From: a virus
Taxonomy: Duplodnaviria > Caudoviricetes
Direction: 5' to 3' (one strand)
DNA length: 58,012 bases
Virus record (IMG/VR): IMGVR_UViG_3300031658_000009
Span: 1 to 58,012 of that record
Under the pieces are notes generated by a model, which searched no databases, was not told the origin of the DNA, and worked only from the letters and a program-made list of their open reading frames with translations. This document shows, in pieces, positions 10,004-19,977 of this stretch. Made by a program: the position numbers and the translations under genes. Each line of letters begins with the position of its first letter. Position 1 is the first letter of the stretch.

Positions 10004-12106
10004 TTATTTTCGTATAATTATCTGACCCTTCCTGAAGAACTGTTTCTTAGTGAAGTCTGATTTTGTTTCAACGGGCTTATGTCCCTGAGCAGCAAGCAAT
10101 GCTAAACCGGCAGAGATAGAAAGATCATATTTTGTTCGATCATCAATCTTGAAATTTACCCAATCCTCTAAGGTTCTCTCGAAATACATTTTACCAAATT
10201 CTAAAGTGTCTTCATTTAACCCAACATGATCATGTATATATGCTTCAATTGCTTGAGCATGTGCTTGTATAACATCTTTCGAGTTGGACGGTATACCTTT
10301 TGTTTTAGTCTTTGTGCTCTGGAATTTAGAACCTAAGTGCTCTGGTCTTTCCATAAGGAAATGATCATAACCTCTTGTCTCAAAGTATCTTGCAATTCCA
10401 TACTTGTTATTTTCAATCAATACAGGGTACCCGTAAAACTTTGCTGCCATTAAAACATCTTCATAAAATATTTTAGCAAGCGGGGGGCGAGATGCGTACT
10501 CAGCAACAAACATGTTCGATGGGTGTCCCATGTTGAACTTGTTGTAAAAATGACAAGCCCCCTTAGACCCTCTACCATCTACTGTTGCATCTATATCATA
10601 ACTATCCACTCCGGCACATCCTATCCAGGCGTTCTCAGGTGTGGATTTATTTCTTAGATCAGCAGGAGGCATCCAGGCTATACGCCATCTACCGTTTGCA
10701 TCTGGCTTAAACATTACCTCTGTATCTTTCTTTCCTCCTGTCCATACAAAGTTCCCTACAACTATAGGAGACGGATATAAGTCTTCATTGTATTCTACCT
10801 GCTCATAAATCTTTTGAACATTAAATAGAGATGCTTTGGCGCTGTCTCTAAATGCTTCGGCCTCTGAAAAGGGGAACTGACGTATTACTTCGTTAAGTTC
10901 ATAAGAGTCGTTTACTAATGCCTTACGCTCATTCTTTAAATAGGTCTTAGCGCCTATAGATATAAGTTCACCGTACTCGGTATGCATAAGCGTATCTGGG
11001 TCTTCAACAACTGGTAATCCATATTTATCAAAGAATCCTTCAAGCGCATCATAACTAGGTATAAACACTGAGTATAATCCACTACGTGTTCGTCCGTTAT
11101 CATTTCTTTCCATTGGATTGCTTCCATGGTATAAGTCCCTAAACTGCTTTCCTCCTCTGTCTAAAGGATTGACAGTGCTTCCAACTAATGCTTTACCGAC
11201 TATTCTTCTACCGACAAGTAAACAAGTACGCTGTATCCTCCATGCTTCACGTATATCGTTTCCTTTCTCCCATTTACCTGCTTCATCAAGATAGAGTATA
11301 TGTAGTTTCTCACCATCATAAGCATTGGTAGTAGTATTCTTCCAGTTAATAATAGTATTAAGTGCGTCTCCACTTGAGGATGTTTTGTTTTTCTTAGTGA
11401 TCCTTTTAGATGGTTCACGAAAAGCAAGTTCCATACGTGGGTTGGTGGTACCGTCTTGAATAGGTTTAAAAAAGAATGGAAGTGATTTATATATAGGCAC
11501 CACTTTCTTCATGAAGATATTTTCCTGGGCATCTGTTCCTGTCTTAGACATGATACCAAGCAACTTCTCTTTTACCTGTGTACCTTCGTTTACAAGTATA
11601 GATGCAGACATATTAGTGTATCCAGATCGACGACATTTAACGTATATCTGACCAACACATCTAGGATCTCTTATACAGGCTTCAAGATGTACGAATAGTT
11701 TCCTTTGAAAGTCGAGGAACGACGGGTAGCCAATGTCAATCTTACACCATTGCAAGAAAAAATAATGGTTCCCGGTGATATAGGTAGGTACCCCGTTGTT
11801 GTAAAACCATAATCCATCTTTACGTCTTTTAAATTCTTCACTAACATAGGGGGTATATTTCTTACGAAAAGTTTCCGGCATCTCCATCCACTCTTCCATT
11901 GATCTTATACGCTTTAAATCTTCAGGTAGTTCTTGGCGAACCCATCTTTGATCTTCTTTTTTCTTGTCGTGAAATAGAATTTTTCTTGAAGTAGGTTTTT
12001 TTGGGAACTGTATAGGCAAATCATAGTATATCTCAACATCTCCTTGTGTATTATCACGGCATATGTTGACAACGACCTCTTGTTCTACTTCTACTAAACC
12101 CGCCAT
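10004..12106 (-). CDS. terL: Terminase large subunit
   Basis: KCRRSGYT Walker A-like motif, LYLDEAGKW Walker B, GST coupling motif, and nuclease acidic residues (GVDSYD, YDLSIS). Confidence 0.93.
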   Translation of the reverse strand: MAGLVEVEQEVVVNICRDNTQGDVEIYYDLPIQFPKKPTSRKILFHDKKKEDQRWVRQELPEDLKRIRSMEEWMEMPETFRKKYTPYVSEEFKRRKDGLWFYNNGVPTYITGNHYFFLQWCKIDIGYPSFLDFQRKLFVHLEACIRDPRCVGQIYVKCRRSGYTNMSASILVNEGTQVKEKLLGIMSKTGTDAQENIFMKKVVPIYKSLPFFFKPIQDGTTNPRMELAFREPSKRITKKNKTSSSGDALNTIINWKNTTTNAYDGEKLHILYLDEAGKWEKGNDIREAWRIQRTCLLVGRRIVGKALVGSTVNPLDRGGKQFRDLYHGSNPMERNDNGRTRSGLYSVFIPSYDALEGFFDKYGLPVVEDPDTLMHTEYGELISIGAKTYLKNERKALVNDSYELNEVIRQFPFSEAEAFRDSAKASLFNVQKIYEQVEYNEDLYPSPIVVGNFVWTGGKKDTEVMFKPDANGRWRIAWMPPADLRNKSTPENAWIGCAGVDSYDIDATVDGRGSKGACHFYNKFNMGHPSNMFVAEYASRPPLAKIFYEDVLMAAKFYGYPVLIENNKYGIARYFETRGYDHFLMERPEHLGSKFQSTKTKTKGIPSNSKDVIQAHAQAIEAYIHDHVGLNEDTLEFGKMYFERTLEDWVNFKIDDRTKYDLSISAGLALLAAQGHKPVETKSDFTKKQFFRKGQIIIRK

Positions 12107-12166
12107 CTTTGTTGTACATTAAATTAGTAGTCCCAGTAGATGCTGCTGGCTCTAATGAATACTTGA

Positions 12167-12463
12167 TTACCTTGAGAATTGTTCTGCGAACCCTCCGGAA
12201 TAATCTTGCTCTTCTTTAATTTCGCCACTTTCCTTAAGAGTCTTAATAAGTTTAAGAAGTCTTTCCCTTTCAATGATAAGTTCTTTAGCATCTACAGCGG
12301 TAATTTTAATTGCTTGAAGTTCTGCTTTTCTTTGAGAACCGCTAAGTTCTTGGTCTACAGGTTTTTGTATTTCATTGATCATATTATCAATAGCAATCTG
12401 CATTGCTTCAACAAGTCTCTGCGCTGTACTTATATTGTTATACTGTTTCGAGGACCTTGCCAT
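12167..12463 (-). CDS. Small helical protein, possible terminase small subunit
   Basis: 98 aa coiled-coil-like protein immediately upstream of TerL; positional inference only. Confidence 0.45.
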   Translation of the reverse strand: MARSSKQYNNISTAQRLVEAMQIAIDNMINEIQKPVDQELSGSQRKAELQAIKITAVDAKELIIERERLLKLIKTLKESGEIKEEQDYSGGFAEQFSR

Positions 12464-13085
12464 AGATGTGCTTTAAGTAGACTCTGAATAATTTCTCACC
12501 ATCCACATCCATTAAGTAGTCAGCATTCTTTCTGATTATTACTTTATCTCCAGGATATAGATTTAATTCCTCTAGACGATCAGAACCAAACCTTATATAA
12601 CCATATTGGTTGTACTCTCTTTCTTTGTCTATCAGTTCAACAACACTACTCTGTAGTTCTTGTTCTTGTTCTGCGGGTACTAAAAACACCCATTCGCCTA
12701 GCAGTTTTATTTCACCAGTTTCCTTACTCTTATATGCATAAGCCTGGCAAGACAGTGGATCATACCCTCCTTCGTAATAAACTATATATACATCGTTGTT
12801 AGGATCAAGCCACTGACCTCTTTTAGAACTCTCTTCTAATTCATTAACACCGTCCTTAAGCACCAAGTGATTACCTCCAAGCACAACGTGATGATGAAAA
12901 TACATAGTATCTCCTACGGATGCACCTGTGTCATACTTCTCTGGCACCCCTACAATTTCGCCTTCCATGGTTCTATGCTTGAACTCATCGAATCTTGTGT
13001 CTAAGAAAATTTCTTCTCCGTTGACGGTTACACTGTCCCGTGTTACACTAGGTACTTTTACCAGGAAATGTTTTAGAGGCCTCAT
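12438..13085 (-). CDS. GroES-like co-chaperonin with two GroES-type repeats
   Basis: MRPLKHFLVK...GEIVGVP...VGDTMYF, and a second unit LLGEWVFLVP...YG...PGDKV...VDGEKLF. Confidence 0.65.
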   Translation of the reverse strand: MRPLKHFLVKVPSVTRDSVTVNGEEIFLDTRFDEFKHRTMEGEIVGVPEKYDTGASVGDTMYFHHHVVLGGNHLVLKDGVNELEESSKRGQWLDPNNDVYIVYYEGGYDPLSCQAYAYKSKETGEIKLLGEWVFLVPAEQEQELQSSVVELIDKEREYNQYGYIRFGSDRLEELNLYPGDKVIIRKNADYLMDVDGEKLFRVYLKHIYGKVLETV

Positions 13086-13663
13086 TATAAAACTCGTAAT
13101 ACGTTATTTTCTGTATCCTCAAACTTTAATTTCGTAGTAGGAGCAGCGTCCCATAGATTTATTGCTAGAGCAGATCTTGTTCCTTTCGTGACCGCTGTTA
13201 CCCGGTGCTCGTGGCTACCAGCATCAAAGATGATCATTCTATTATACTTCGCTTCGATGCGCTCAGGCTCCCTGTCAGGGCCATTGGAGAATATCTCTAG
13301 GTATCCACCTTCAATTTCCATTTGCAACGGATAAAACACTGTACCTATAATAGGAGAGGAAAGTTCTCCTTTTGATTTCCAAAGGTCTTCATCTTTGTCT
13401 AGGTGTAAGTTTAGGTCACATACAGATTTACCCTCACCATACTGACCAGTCCAATACTCAAACCCATCAAGAGACACAGACTCGTATATAGGATTTTCTT
13501 CCCATATATATGATATCAATCTTTTCTTTAATGTATCTGTTGGAGAATTCCACCATCCGTTCCACCAAAAGTAGGTGCCGTTTTCTGAGAAAAACTTTTC
13601 CTTGTTGAACTCAACTTCCATAAGGAGTTCGGTGTCTTTAATAAAATTGTCTATTACTATCAT
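13085..13663 (-). CDS. 2OG-Fe(II) oxygenase, prolyl-hydroxylase-like
   Basis: Starts IVIDNF; HxD (HLD), GGYL, YNRMIIFD, distal H (HRV) and 2OG-binding R (RSALAINLW). Confidence 0.85.
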   Translation of the reverse strand: MIVIDNFIKDTELLMEVEFNKEKFFSENGTYFWWNGWWNSPTDTLKKRLISYIWEENPIYESVSLDGFEYWTGQYGEGKSVCDLNLHLDKDEDLWKSKGELSSPIIGTVFYPLQMEIEGGYLEIFSNGPDREPERIEAKYNRMIIFDAGSHEHRVTAVTKGTRSALAINLWDAAPTTKLKFEDTENNVLRVL

Positions 13664-13899
13664 TCGAAGTCACAATCATGTTCAATTAATACTGGCATAT
13701 CATCAACAGTCTTCCAAAGCATGACGCCTTGTTCCTTGTTGTAGATGTATACAAGATAGCGACGAATTCCATATTTAACAAAACATCTCTCGTCTAATAT
13801 GATTGAGTCAATTACTGATTCACCTGCTGACTGACCTACATAGTAAGCCATTGCATCTTTCGGGTTCTGCCCGATGATGATCTTTCGAATAAGTTCCAT
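13660..13899 (-). CDS. Hypothetical phage protein
   Basis: 79 aa; stop overlaps the start of the oxygenase gene. Confidence 0.7.
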   Translation of the reverse strand: MELIRKIIIGQNPKDAMAYYVGQSAGESVIDSIILDERCFVKYGIRRYLVYIYNKEQGVMLWKTVDDMPVLIEHDCDFE

Positions 13900-13904
13900 T
13901 CCAT

Positions 13905-14210
13905 TTAGTTTAACCAGTAGTTTATGGTTGATGAATCTGGATTATCGTCTTTGTCTTCAAAATAATCGTTATAAGATTCTACTACTGAATTTATCATTAA
14001 TTCAAATTCTTCTTCTTCTACCATATGCATACCGCACATGAATTCGTACTTGTCGTTTGTGTCTAATACTTCGTCTCCTGGTATAAAAGATCCAAAGCAG
14101 TATATAGACGTGAAGTCCTCCTTGCCTCCGTAAGCGTCCATAAGGTCATCGATCTCAGAGAGTTTTAAACGGAGTTTTTTAAAGAAATCATTTCTATCAC
14201 TGTCTGTCAT
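13905..14210 (-). CDS. Acidic hypothetical protein
   Basis: 101 aa, tightly packed in the operon. Confidence 0.7.
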   Translation of the reverse strand: MTDSDRNDFFKKLRLKLSEIDDLMDAYGGKEDFTSIYCFGSFIPGDEVLDTNDKYEFMCGMHMVEEEEFELMINSVVESYNDYFEDKDDNPDSSTINYWLN

Positions 14211-15193
14211 TATAAGGTTGCGTTATCACCCATGTAATCAACCTCCAGAGATGTTTGGGTGGCATACACGTTAACACCAAGCCCATCGGCTTTACCCGTA
14301 AGTCTAACCATATAACCTGACACTCCATCCGAATAATAAAGAGCCTGGAGAGTAATTGTACTTATTTCACCTGCGTCTGCTGATGTTGTTATACTTCGAA
14401 TGATTGTCCCTCCAACTTCTATATTAAAGTCAGCACCCGCTGTTAGAATCACTTGGATTGTTCCTGTTATTCTAAACCATCCTTCAATCTCGTTGATTAG
14501 AACAGCATCTCTTGGATCAGAAACTGTACCGAGAGTCAAGCCATTGAGTGGTGGACTAGCAGTGTTTACGAGTGTACCAAAATATACTGAACTCCCAGTT
14601 GCTGTAGTTGAAGTAGTCGCCGAACTGTCCTCGTATATCTCTGCGTACGAACCAATCGCGACAACCGCTGTAGTGCTCATTTGTATGGTTGCACTTTGAC
14701 GAGCAAACATAATGCCTTGCGTTAACGTTCCAGCGGTTATAGAATTACCTACTGCCGTTGCTAAATCTGATTGCTCAATGTATTTATAAGCACTGGTGCT
14801 TTCGTCCCAGATCAGATACTTATCATTAGTCGCTGGCTGAGTGATTTGACTTAGTAGCGCTGGGTCTTTTAATTCAATAGTGCTACCCGTTGCAGACAGT
14901 GGGGTGTTTGCTGTGATCGATGCAGTACCAATTGGACTGGTGCTGAGGTTACGAGTAACTACAACCCCGCTACTAGACAGCATAAGAGCAGAAGTAACTG
15001 AAGTTGATGTAGAAGGTGTCCCAGATATTTTAAGAGCACCTGTGGTCTCTACTGTATCAGTGGATATTTTTAATGCTGAGTTATTACCTGCTCCATCTTG
15101 AACTACTTGTTCTGAAGAGCCTACATTGCTGTTTGCTAGTTTAAGCAAAAGGTTAAATGTATCTTTTATTTTATTTCCGCTAAGTGATGCCAT
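14210..15193 (-). CDS. Probable virion structural (fibre/spike-like) protein
   Basis: S/T/G-rich and beta-rich. Likely true start is MASLSGNKIKDTF at 15193, just downstream of a TATCTTTG element. Confidence 0.65.
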   Translation of the reverse strand: MASLSGNKIKDTFNLLLKLANSNVGSSEQVVQDGAGNNSALKISTDTVETTGALKISGTPSTSTSVTSALMLSSSGVVVTRNLSTSPIGTASITANTPLSATGSTIELKDPALLSQITQPATNDKYLIWDESTSAYKYIEQSDLATAVGNSITAGTLTQGIMFARQSATIQMSTTAVVAIGSYAEIYEDSSATTSTTATGSSVYFGTLVNTASPPLNGLTLGTVSDPRDAVLINEIEGWFRITGTIQVILTAGADFNIEVGGTIIRSITTSADAGEISTITLQALYYSDGVSGYMVRLTGKADGLGVNVYATQTSLEVDYMGDNATL

Positions 15194-15198
15194 ATGAT

Positions 15199-15220
15199 TA
15201 TGTTTGTATGAGCAAAGATA
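15199..15220. promoter_or_regulatory. Overlapping opposite-strand -7 elements (TATGTTTG on +, 15199-15206; TATCTTTG on -, 15213-15220)
   Basis: Two TAnnTTTG matches in the 32-bp gap between divergent genes. Confidence 0.6.
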
Positions 15221-15225
15221 CTGAT

Positions 15226-15666
15226 ATGCCAAAAAGTACCGTAGACCGAAAGAAATTATTTCGATCGTTCTCTAAGATAGACAAAAAGTTTATTAAAGAA
15301 AACTATCTGAACAATATTACATTTCTATACAGAGACGCGAAGCACAACTATAACCTCACTAGATTAGAGGTAGACTTCATCATGTTTATTTATGACCTGG
15401 AGTTTTGGACGATTAAGTATGTCGCAGAGGCAATGAATAGAAGTGAGACTCAAATGCGCAAAGACTTTATCTGGAACATAAAGAAAAAAGGGTACATATA
15501 TAAGCACTTCGATAAACTCACTCCTAGTGATAAACTAGAAGATCACATATTTAGGGATGAGACTAAGTATAATTACGCTGTACGTTATGCTTTATCACAA
15601 AAAGGTAGGCTTGTAGTAGCCAGGCTTTATAGAAAGATGCGTGGAGAAGAAGATTTTAACTTTTAG
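15226..15666 (+). CDS. Winged-helix DNA-binding protein, probable regulator
   Basis: YNLTRLEVDFIMFIYD...IKYVAEAM...KKGYI...YALSQKGR has the MarR-like wHTH pattern. Start is uncertain (15208 or 15226). Confidence 0.6.
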   Translation: MPKSTVDRKKLFRSFSKIDKKFIKENYLNNITFLYRDAKHNYNLTRLEVDFIMFIYDLEFWTIKYVAEAMNRSETQMRKDFIWNIKKKGYIYKHFDKLTPSDKLEDHIFRDETKYNYAVRYALSQKGRLVVARLYRKMRGEEDFNF

Positions 15667-15862
15667 CCTTGCGTGCAGCGTCCATTGCCGGATCACTTTT
15701 ACCCTTAGCGTGTGTTACAATTCTAAATGGCGCCTCTGGTGAAGCACCTTTATGAGGTTTGTAATCTCCTTTCATTAAGAAGTGACGACCACCTTCTGTC
15801 ATCCAGTGGTAACCCTTTGGTGCTGAGACCTTTACAGATTTATTGCTTTTCTTTAGTTTCAT
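15656..15862 (-). CDS. Small basic hypothetical protein
   Basis: 68 aa, K-rich, translationally coupled to the upstream gene. Confidence 0.7.
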   Translation of the reverse strand: MKLKKSNKSVKVSAPKGYHWMTEGGRHFLMKGDYKPHKGASPEAPFRIVTHAKGKSDPAMDAARKAKS

Positions 15863-16446
15863 TATCTGTAGTTTTTACGCATTTCATCAATTGCCTTACG
15901 GTTTTGAGAAACAAATTGTGAATCTTCTTTACCTCGTTGTTTTTTTATTTCACCTTTTGATGTGTCATATACGTACTGACCTGTCTGACTGTTTAACTTT
16001 CTTCCGTATATCTTATACAAAGGGTCAACCATCTTTGGCTGAACAGGGTCTGGATTAAGAATGTTTTTAGTTTTTAGTTTGATCAATGCTTCAAATGGAT
16101 TAGAACTGCGTTTTGTCTGCATGTTCTTGATACCCATGTTAGGAGAATACTTAGAATCATAACCCTGTTTAAATCCGGTCTTAATACGATTTGGATATGC
16201 GTCCCCTTCCTTTCCGGTTGCTGAACCTCTGTACGTTCTATCTGTACTATAATCATAGTACCCAGTGTCGGACTTACCTGTACGATCTCTGGAGAACTTA
16301 CCAATTACTGCATCTTGAATCTCTCCAAGGTTACCGTCTGGATCACTAACCTCTCCATCCTTCCCATCAAAAAATTTAGAGTCCGAAGTATAAGTACCTG
16401 AAGTAGTAGTCGTGTCACCTGTCGCTAAACGGAATCTTTTCTTCAT
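15862..16446 (-). CDS. Hypothetical protein, possibly internal virion protein
   Basis: 194 aa hydrophilic ORF in a packed operon. Confidence 0.7.
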   Translation of the reverse strand: MKKRFRLATGDTTTTSGTYTSDSKFFDGKDGEVSDPDGNLGEIQDAVIGKFSRDRTGKSDTGYYDYSTDRTYRGSATGKEGDAYPNRIKTGFKQGYDSKYSPNMGIKNMQTKRSSNPFEALIKLKTKNILNPDPVQPKMVDPLYKIYGRKLNSQTGQYVYDTSKGEIKKQRGKEDSQFVSQNRKAIDEMRKNYR

Positions 16447-16457
16447 AGGTTTGATAC

Positions 16458-16856
16458 TTATTTATTTGACGACCTACCTGCGGCGGCTTTTGCAGCCATC
16501 CCTGCTTTGCCATATTTTTTTACACCAATTGAATATGCTATAGCGTCAGCGGATTCTTTACTCTTGCCAGACTTTTGAATAGAAGAACTTAATTTATTGA
16601 ACGCTCCACCAGTCTTGTAACTTTTAATACGTCCCTGTGGGAGTTTCTGTGCATCTACACCTCTAACCTTTAGTTTTTCTTTGACAGCATTCTTAGGCAT
16701 CTTAACAAGTTCGCCAGATTCCTTATAATAAAGTTTGCCATCCTTGACCTCGTACATGTCAGGATTAAAAATCTCTTCAGCAACACCTTGATTAGTATAC
16801 TTACTTAAACCTAGTTTGTCATTAAGCGCTCGTCTGAATTTCTTTGGCTCACCCAT
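16458..16856 (-). CDS. Basic hypothetical protein with YKTGG motif
   Basis: 132 aa; C-terminal SADAIAYSIGVKKYGKAGM segment. Confidence 0.7.
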   Translation of the reverse strand: MGEPKKFRRALNDKLGLSKYTNQGVAEEIFNPDMYEVKDGKLYYKESGELVKMPKNAVKEKLKVRGVDAQKLPQGRIKSYKTGGAFNKLSSSIQKSGKSKESADAIAYSIGVKKYGKAGMAAKAAAGRSSNK

Positions 16857-16858
16857 TG

Positions 16859-17104
16859 TTAGCGACCTAACTTAGATAACACTGCATTGGCATGCTTCTC
16901 AATCTGGGCCTCTGTAGCGCCGTCCTTACGCATCTGCTCAACCTCGCGGTCTACTTGGTTTTTGAGTTTTACATATGCTCTCTCACCTGCCGCTTCTTTT
17001 CTTTCTTCCTCTGTAGGATACTTGTATCCCTTAGGTTTTGGTGGTCCAAATACTTTGGGTTTTTTTTGCGGTGGGTTCTGCCCACCTACTCTGTATTTCT
17101 TCAT
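16859..17104 (-). CDS. Small basic protein starting MKKYRVGG
   Basis: 81 aa; overlaps the methyltransferase stop. Confidence 0.7.
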   Translation of the reverse strand: MKKYRVGGQNPPQKKPKVFGPPKPKGYKYPTEEERKEAAGERAYVKLKNQVDREVEQMRKDGATEAQIEKHANAVLSKLGR

Positions 17105-17700
17105 TGTCTTGTTATTTCAAAAATAATATCATCAGACCTGTTACTCATTTTACTAAAGTCAAAGGTACAAAATTCCACTGCAAGTTCTGGATCTATAGCA
17201 TTGCGCAGTGACTCTATATGTCTAATGTCCTGTATATCCTCAATAATCATCTTGCCACCTGGCTTGACCTTACATAGATAGTTCTTTATACAATAAACCT
17301 GAGAGGGTAAACTATGGGGGCCATCATCTATAATATAATCATAGGTATCATCTTCAAAGGAATCAACAGTGCTATCTATATACCCATCTAGGATATATAA
17401 TTTTGCACGAGGGTACGCTGTATCTCCAGCCATCTCATGGAAGTTTGTAATGGTTTCTTCCCATATGTCCACACCTTCTATAATAGCATTGGTAAACCAC
17501 TTATGCCACAACATAATGCTACCGCCAGACATCACACCCAACTCCAATATATTACTTACTCCCTCTCGGTCTGTGAATTCTTTGCTGTAATAGTTTTGGA
17601 TATAAGAATGATGACTCCCCTTGTCAGTCAACATGCTGCCACGAGGATCTGGGTGGACCAACTCTGCTCTGTATATCTTCTCTAACTCTGATTTTGCCAT
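17101..17700 (-). CDS. Class I SAM-dependent methyltransferase (sugar/small-molecule O-MT-like)
   Basis: ILELGVMSGGS motif I, GVDI, YDYIIDDGPH and KPGGKMIIEDI. Likely start is ATG 17700. Confidence 0.85.
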   Translation of the reverse strand: MAKSELEKIYRAELVHPDPRGSMLTDKGSHHSYIQNYYSKEFTDREGVSNILELGVMSGGSIMLWHKWFTNAIIEGVDIWEETITNFHEMAGDTAYPRAKLYILDGYIDSTVDSFEDDTYDYIIDDGPHSLPSQVYCIKNYLCKVKPGGKMIIEDIQDIRHIESLRNAIDPELAVEFCTFDFSKMSNRSDDIIFEITRQ

Positions 17701-17703
17701 ACA

Positions 17704-17720
17704 CAAATATAGTATCTTTG
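17704..17720. promoter_or_regulatory. Back-to-back divergent -7 elements (TATATTTG on -, TATCTTTG on +)
   Basis: CAAATATA-G-TATCTTTG between ATG 17700(-) and ATG 17727(+). Confidence 0.7.
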
Positions 17721-17726
17721 TCTTCT

Positions 17727-18179
17727 ATGGAACTACGTGTAATAAGAATGTACAGTCAAGACGATTTTACTATCGGGGCATTGTATTTAGAGAATGAGAA
17801 CGGCAGAGAGTTTCTCTGTTTTACCCTTGAAGACGAACACCGTGATAAGAAGGTAAAAGGGGAGACAAGAATACCTAAGGGCAAATATCAAGTCACACTT
17901 AGAACAGTGGGAGGGTTTGATAAAAGATACGAGGGTAAGTTTCCTAAAATGCATAAAGGGATGTTATGGGTTAGAGATGTGCCAGGATTCGAATACATAC
18001 TAATACACATTGGGAACACTGACGAGAATACAGCAGGCTGTTTACTTGTTGGAGATTCCGCAGACATGAAGGGGATGATAGGAAGAAGTACAAACGCATA
18101 CAAGAACATATACCCACGGATATCCAATGAGTTACTTAAGGATAATGAGGTGTGGATCACTTACGAGGACTTTGCTTGA
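17727..18179 (+). CDS. DUF5675-like L,D-transpeptidase-fold protein, candidate endolysin
   Basis: TIGALY..CFTLED..RIPKGKY..ILIHIGN..TAGCLLVG, with His/Cys spacing like YkuD-type enzymes. Confidence 0.7.
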   Translation: MELRVIRMYSQDDFTIGALYLENENGREFLCFTLEDEHRDKKVKGETRIPKGKYQVTLRTVGGFDKRYEGKFPKMHKGMLWVRDVPGFEYILIHIGNTDENTAGCLLVGDSADMKGMIGRSTNAYKNIYPRISNELLKDNEVWITYEDFA

Positions 18180-18938
18180 TTGAGTGTTTTATCCTATTGA
18201 CTTTGTCCTTTTTTTACTGTAACTTTGGCCTGAGCAGGAAGAAGGTACTTATGAGCATTAACATTTGATTCTTTAGCATCGCGACAAGAAGAATCACAAG
18301 TGGTTATCGAAACACTTGATTCAACTAAACTTACTTCCCTCAATCGACAGCCTCCGTATCAGGGCACCCCTTTTGTAAAAAATTTCACAAACGAGTATTC
18401 TATTTACAGAGGTAATAGTTACCCATCGTTACGCGATAGGTAGCGTATTTACAGCGTGTTCTAGCGCATGCATTTTGGTTGACAAAGCATTCTGTTGACG
18501 CGCTTTTTCTAGTGCGTTACATCCAAGAAAATCATTGAGTAATATTCAGGACGGGGATTATGTATATATGTACACGCCCGCACAAGGAAACCGAAACGGA
18601 TCTCCAGACCCCACGGGGGCATTAACGCGCGCTAATTCTTCCAGAATTCTGGCGTTTTACGTCGTCGTCACGGGCTCTCCCTTCGGGAGGGTCTTGGTCA
18701 GCGGTACCCCACAGCCAAACCAGTTCAGCATCCCCCTTGAAAAGGGGGCGGGAACAATCACCCCCCGAAACCTAGGCACATCATACAGGCCATGTGTTAA
18801 CCCTTACCAAGGGTGGCGCATACATACAGGCCGTGGTTATCATCGTGCACTCGTTGCTACGTAGTAGCCGATTCTATTTCCGAGGCCAATCAGAGGAGCC
18901 TTGCACGTACTTCGTGCGCATAATGTACGCTCCAAGTA

Positions 18939-18984
18939 TTAACTTTTCATTAACACTTTTCCGGGAAATGTCACCATAGATTTG
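18939..18984 (+). promoter_or_regulatory. Early promoter cassette, copy 1
   Basis: TTAAC-TTTTCA-TTAAC ... GGAAATGTCACCATAGATTTG (contains TAnnTTTG). Confidence 0.75.
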
Positions 18985-19008
18985 CATCGAACCAAAACGA
19001 AAACGACG

Positions 19009-19389
19009 ATGAGTCAACACAACACAACCCCCGTGAAACTGCTGAAAGCAGTGCAAAACAAGATCGATAAGGCTTTAGCCTTGATTGAAATGGCTAAGGA
19101 GTACGATGTCGATACACCTTCAACGTATGATGGGAGCACGATGGAATCGTACATAGATATCACAGATATCAGGGTAAAGGGCAAATATGTTTATATCGAA
19201 GAAGCAGAGCATGGTATCCATGCATATGGCTTTGCCAAGCGCTACAATACGAATAAGGTAGGTGATTGGGATGCAGATGGATTGGCAGATTGTAAGTATC
19301 ATTTGAACCTTATATGTAGAACATATAGAAAAGCGATCAAGGCCAACTTTAAGGCACGGAATTACTACCCTACTAATGTAACACTTTAA
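19009..19389 (+). CDS. Early hypothetical protein
   Basis: ATG 19009 follows an A-rich leader downstream of the promoter cassette. Confidence 0.7.
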   Translation: MSQHNTTPVKLLKAVQNKIDKALALIEMAKEYDVDTPSTYDGSTMESYIDITDIRVKGKYVYIEEAEHGIHAYGFAKRYNTNKVGDWDADGLADCKYHLNLICRTYRKAIKANFKARNYYPTNVTL

Positions 19390-19401
19390 ACTACGTTTAT
19401 T

Positions 19402-19578
19402 ATGCGAATTTATTCAAACATTGACCAAGCGAACTTCCATGCATTCTACGAGTTCTTTCAGAACCGCAAACATGCAGTTGCATTAGACCTATTCCATAGG
19501 TTTTATCGTGACCTAGACCATGAGCAGAAACATGTCGTAATGGCGTCCGTCGAAGCGGAAATGTTCAAGGGTATATAA
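19402..19578 (+). CDS. Small early protein (58 aa, not in track)
   Basis: MRIYSNIDQANFHAFYEFFQ...FKGI*; fills the gap between genes. Confidence 0.6.
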   Translation: MRIYSNIDQANFHAFYEFFQNRKHAVALDLFHRFYRDLDHEQKHVVMASVEAEMFKGI

Positions 19579-19617
19579 ATCATTAACCATCCCCTAAAGG
19601 GGAGCAAATCAAATTCT

Positions 19618-19965
19618 ATGAAAAGTTCAGTTAATTTTTACGATTTCAGCAATGCACTTAGTGGCCACTTCAGTTATGACGCTATGTTAGCGCTATTTGA
19701 TTACTACGAGGAAATGGAGGAGGACATGGGGCAGGAGATTGCCTTCGATCCCGTAGCAATACGCTGTGACTGGTCGGAGTACGTAAGCCTAAAGGCCGTG
19801 CAGGACGATTACCCAAGCATAGGCATTGAGAGCGTGGAGGACATCATGGACTACGGAAGCGTAGTTGTTTTGCCAAACGATAACTGGAGAGACTTCCTTA
19901 AGGAATTCCCGCAGTATTACGGCGAAGACTTTTGCAGTGCCGGTCTACTGGTCACCCAGTTCTAA
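19618..19965 (+). CDS. Highly acidic early protein, possible ArdA/Ocr-type DNA mimic (anti-restriction)
   Basis: FSYDAMLALFDYYEEMEEDMGQEIAFDPVAIRCDWSEY; very D/E-rich, early position. Confidence 0.5.
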   Translation: MKSSVNFYDFSNALSGHFSYDAMLALFDYYEEMEEDMGQEIAFDPVAIRCDWSEYVSLKAVQDDYPSIGIESVEDIMDYGSVVVLPNDNWRDFLKEFPQYYGEDFCSAGLLVTQF

Positions 19966-19977
19966 GCAAGGGCATAA

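Noticed and set aside
18535-18979. ORFs 18535-18864 and 18794-18979
   Set aside because: Non-ATG starts, atypical composition, overlap with hairpins and lie upstream of the first early promoter; probably spurious.
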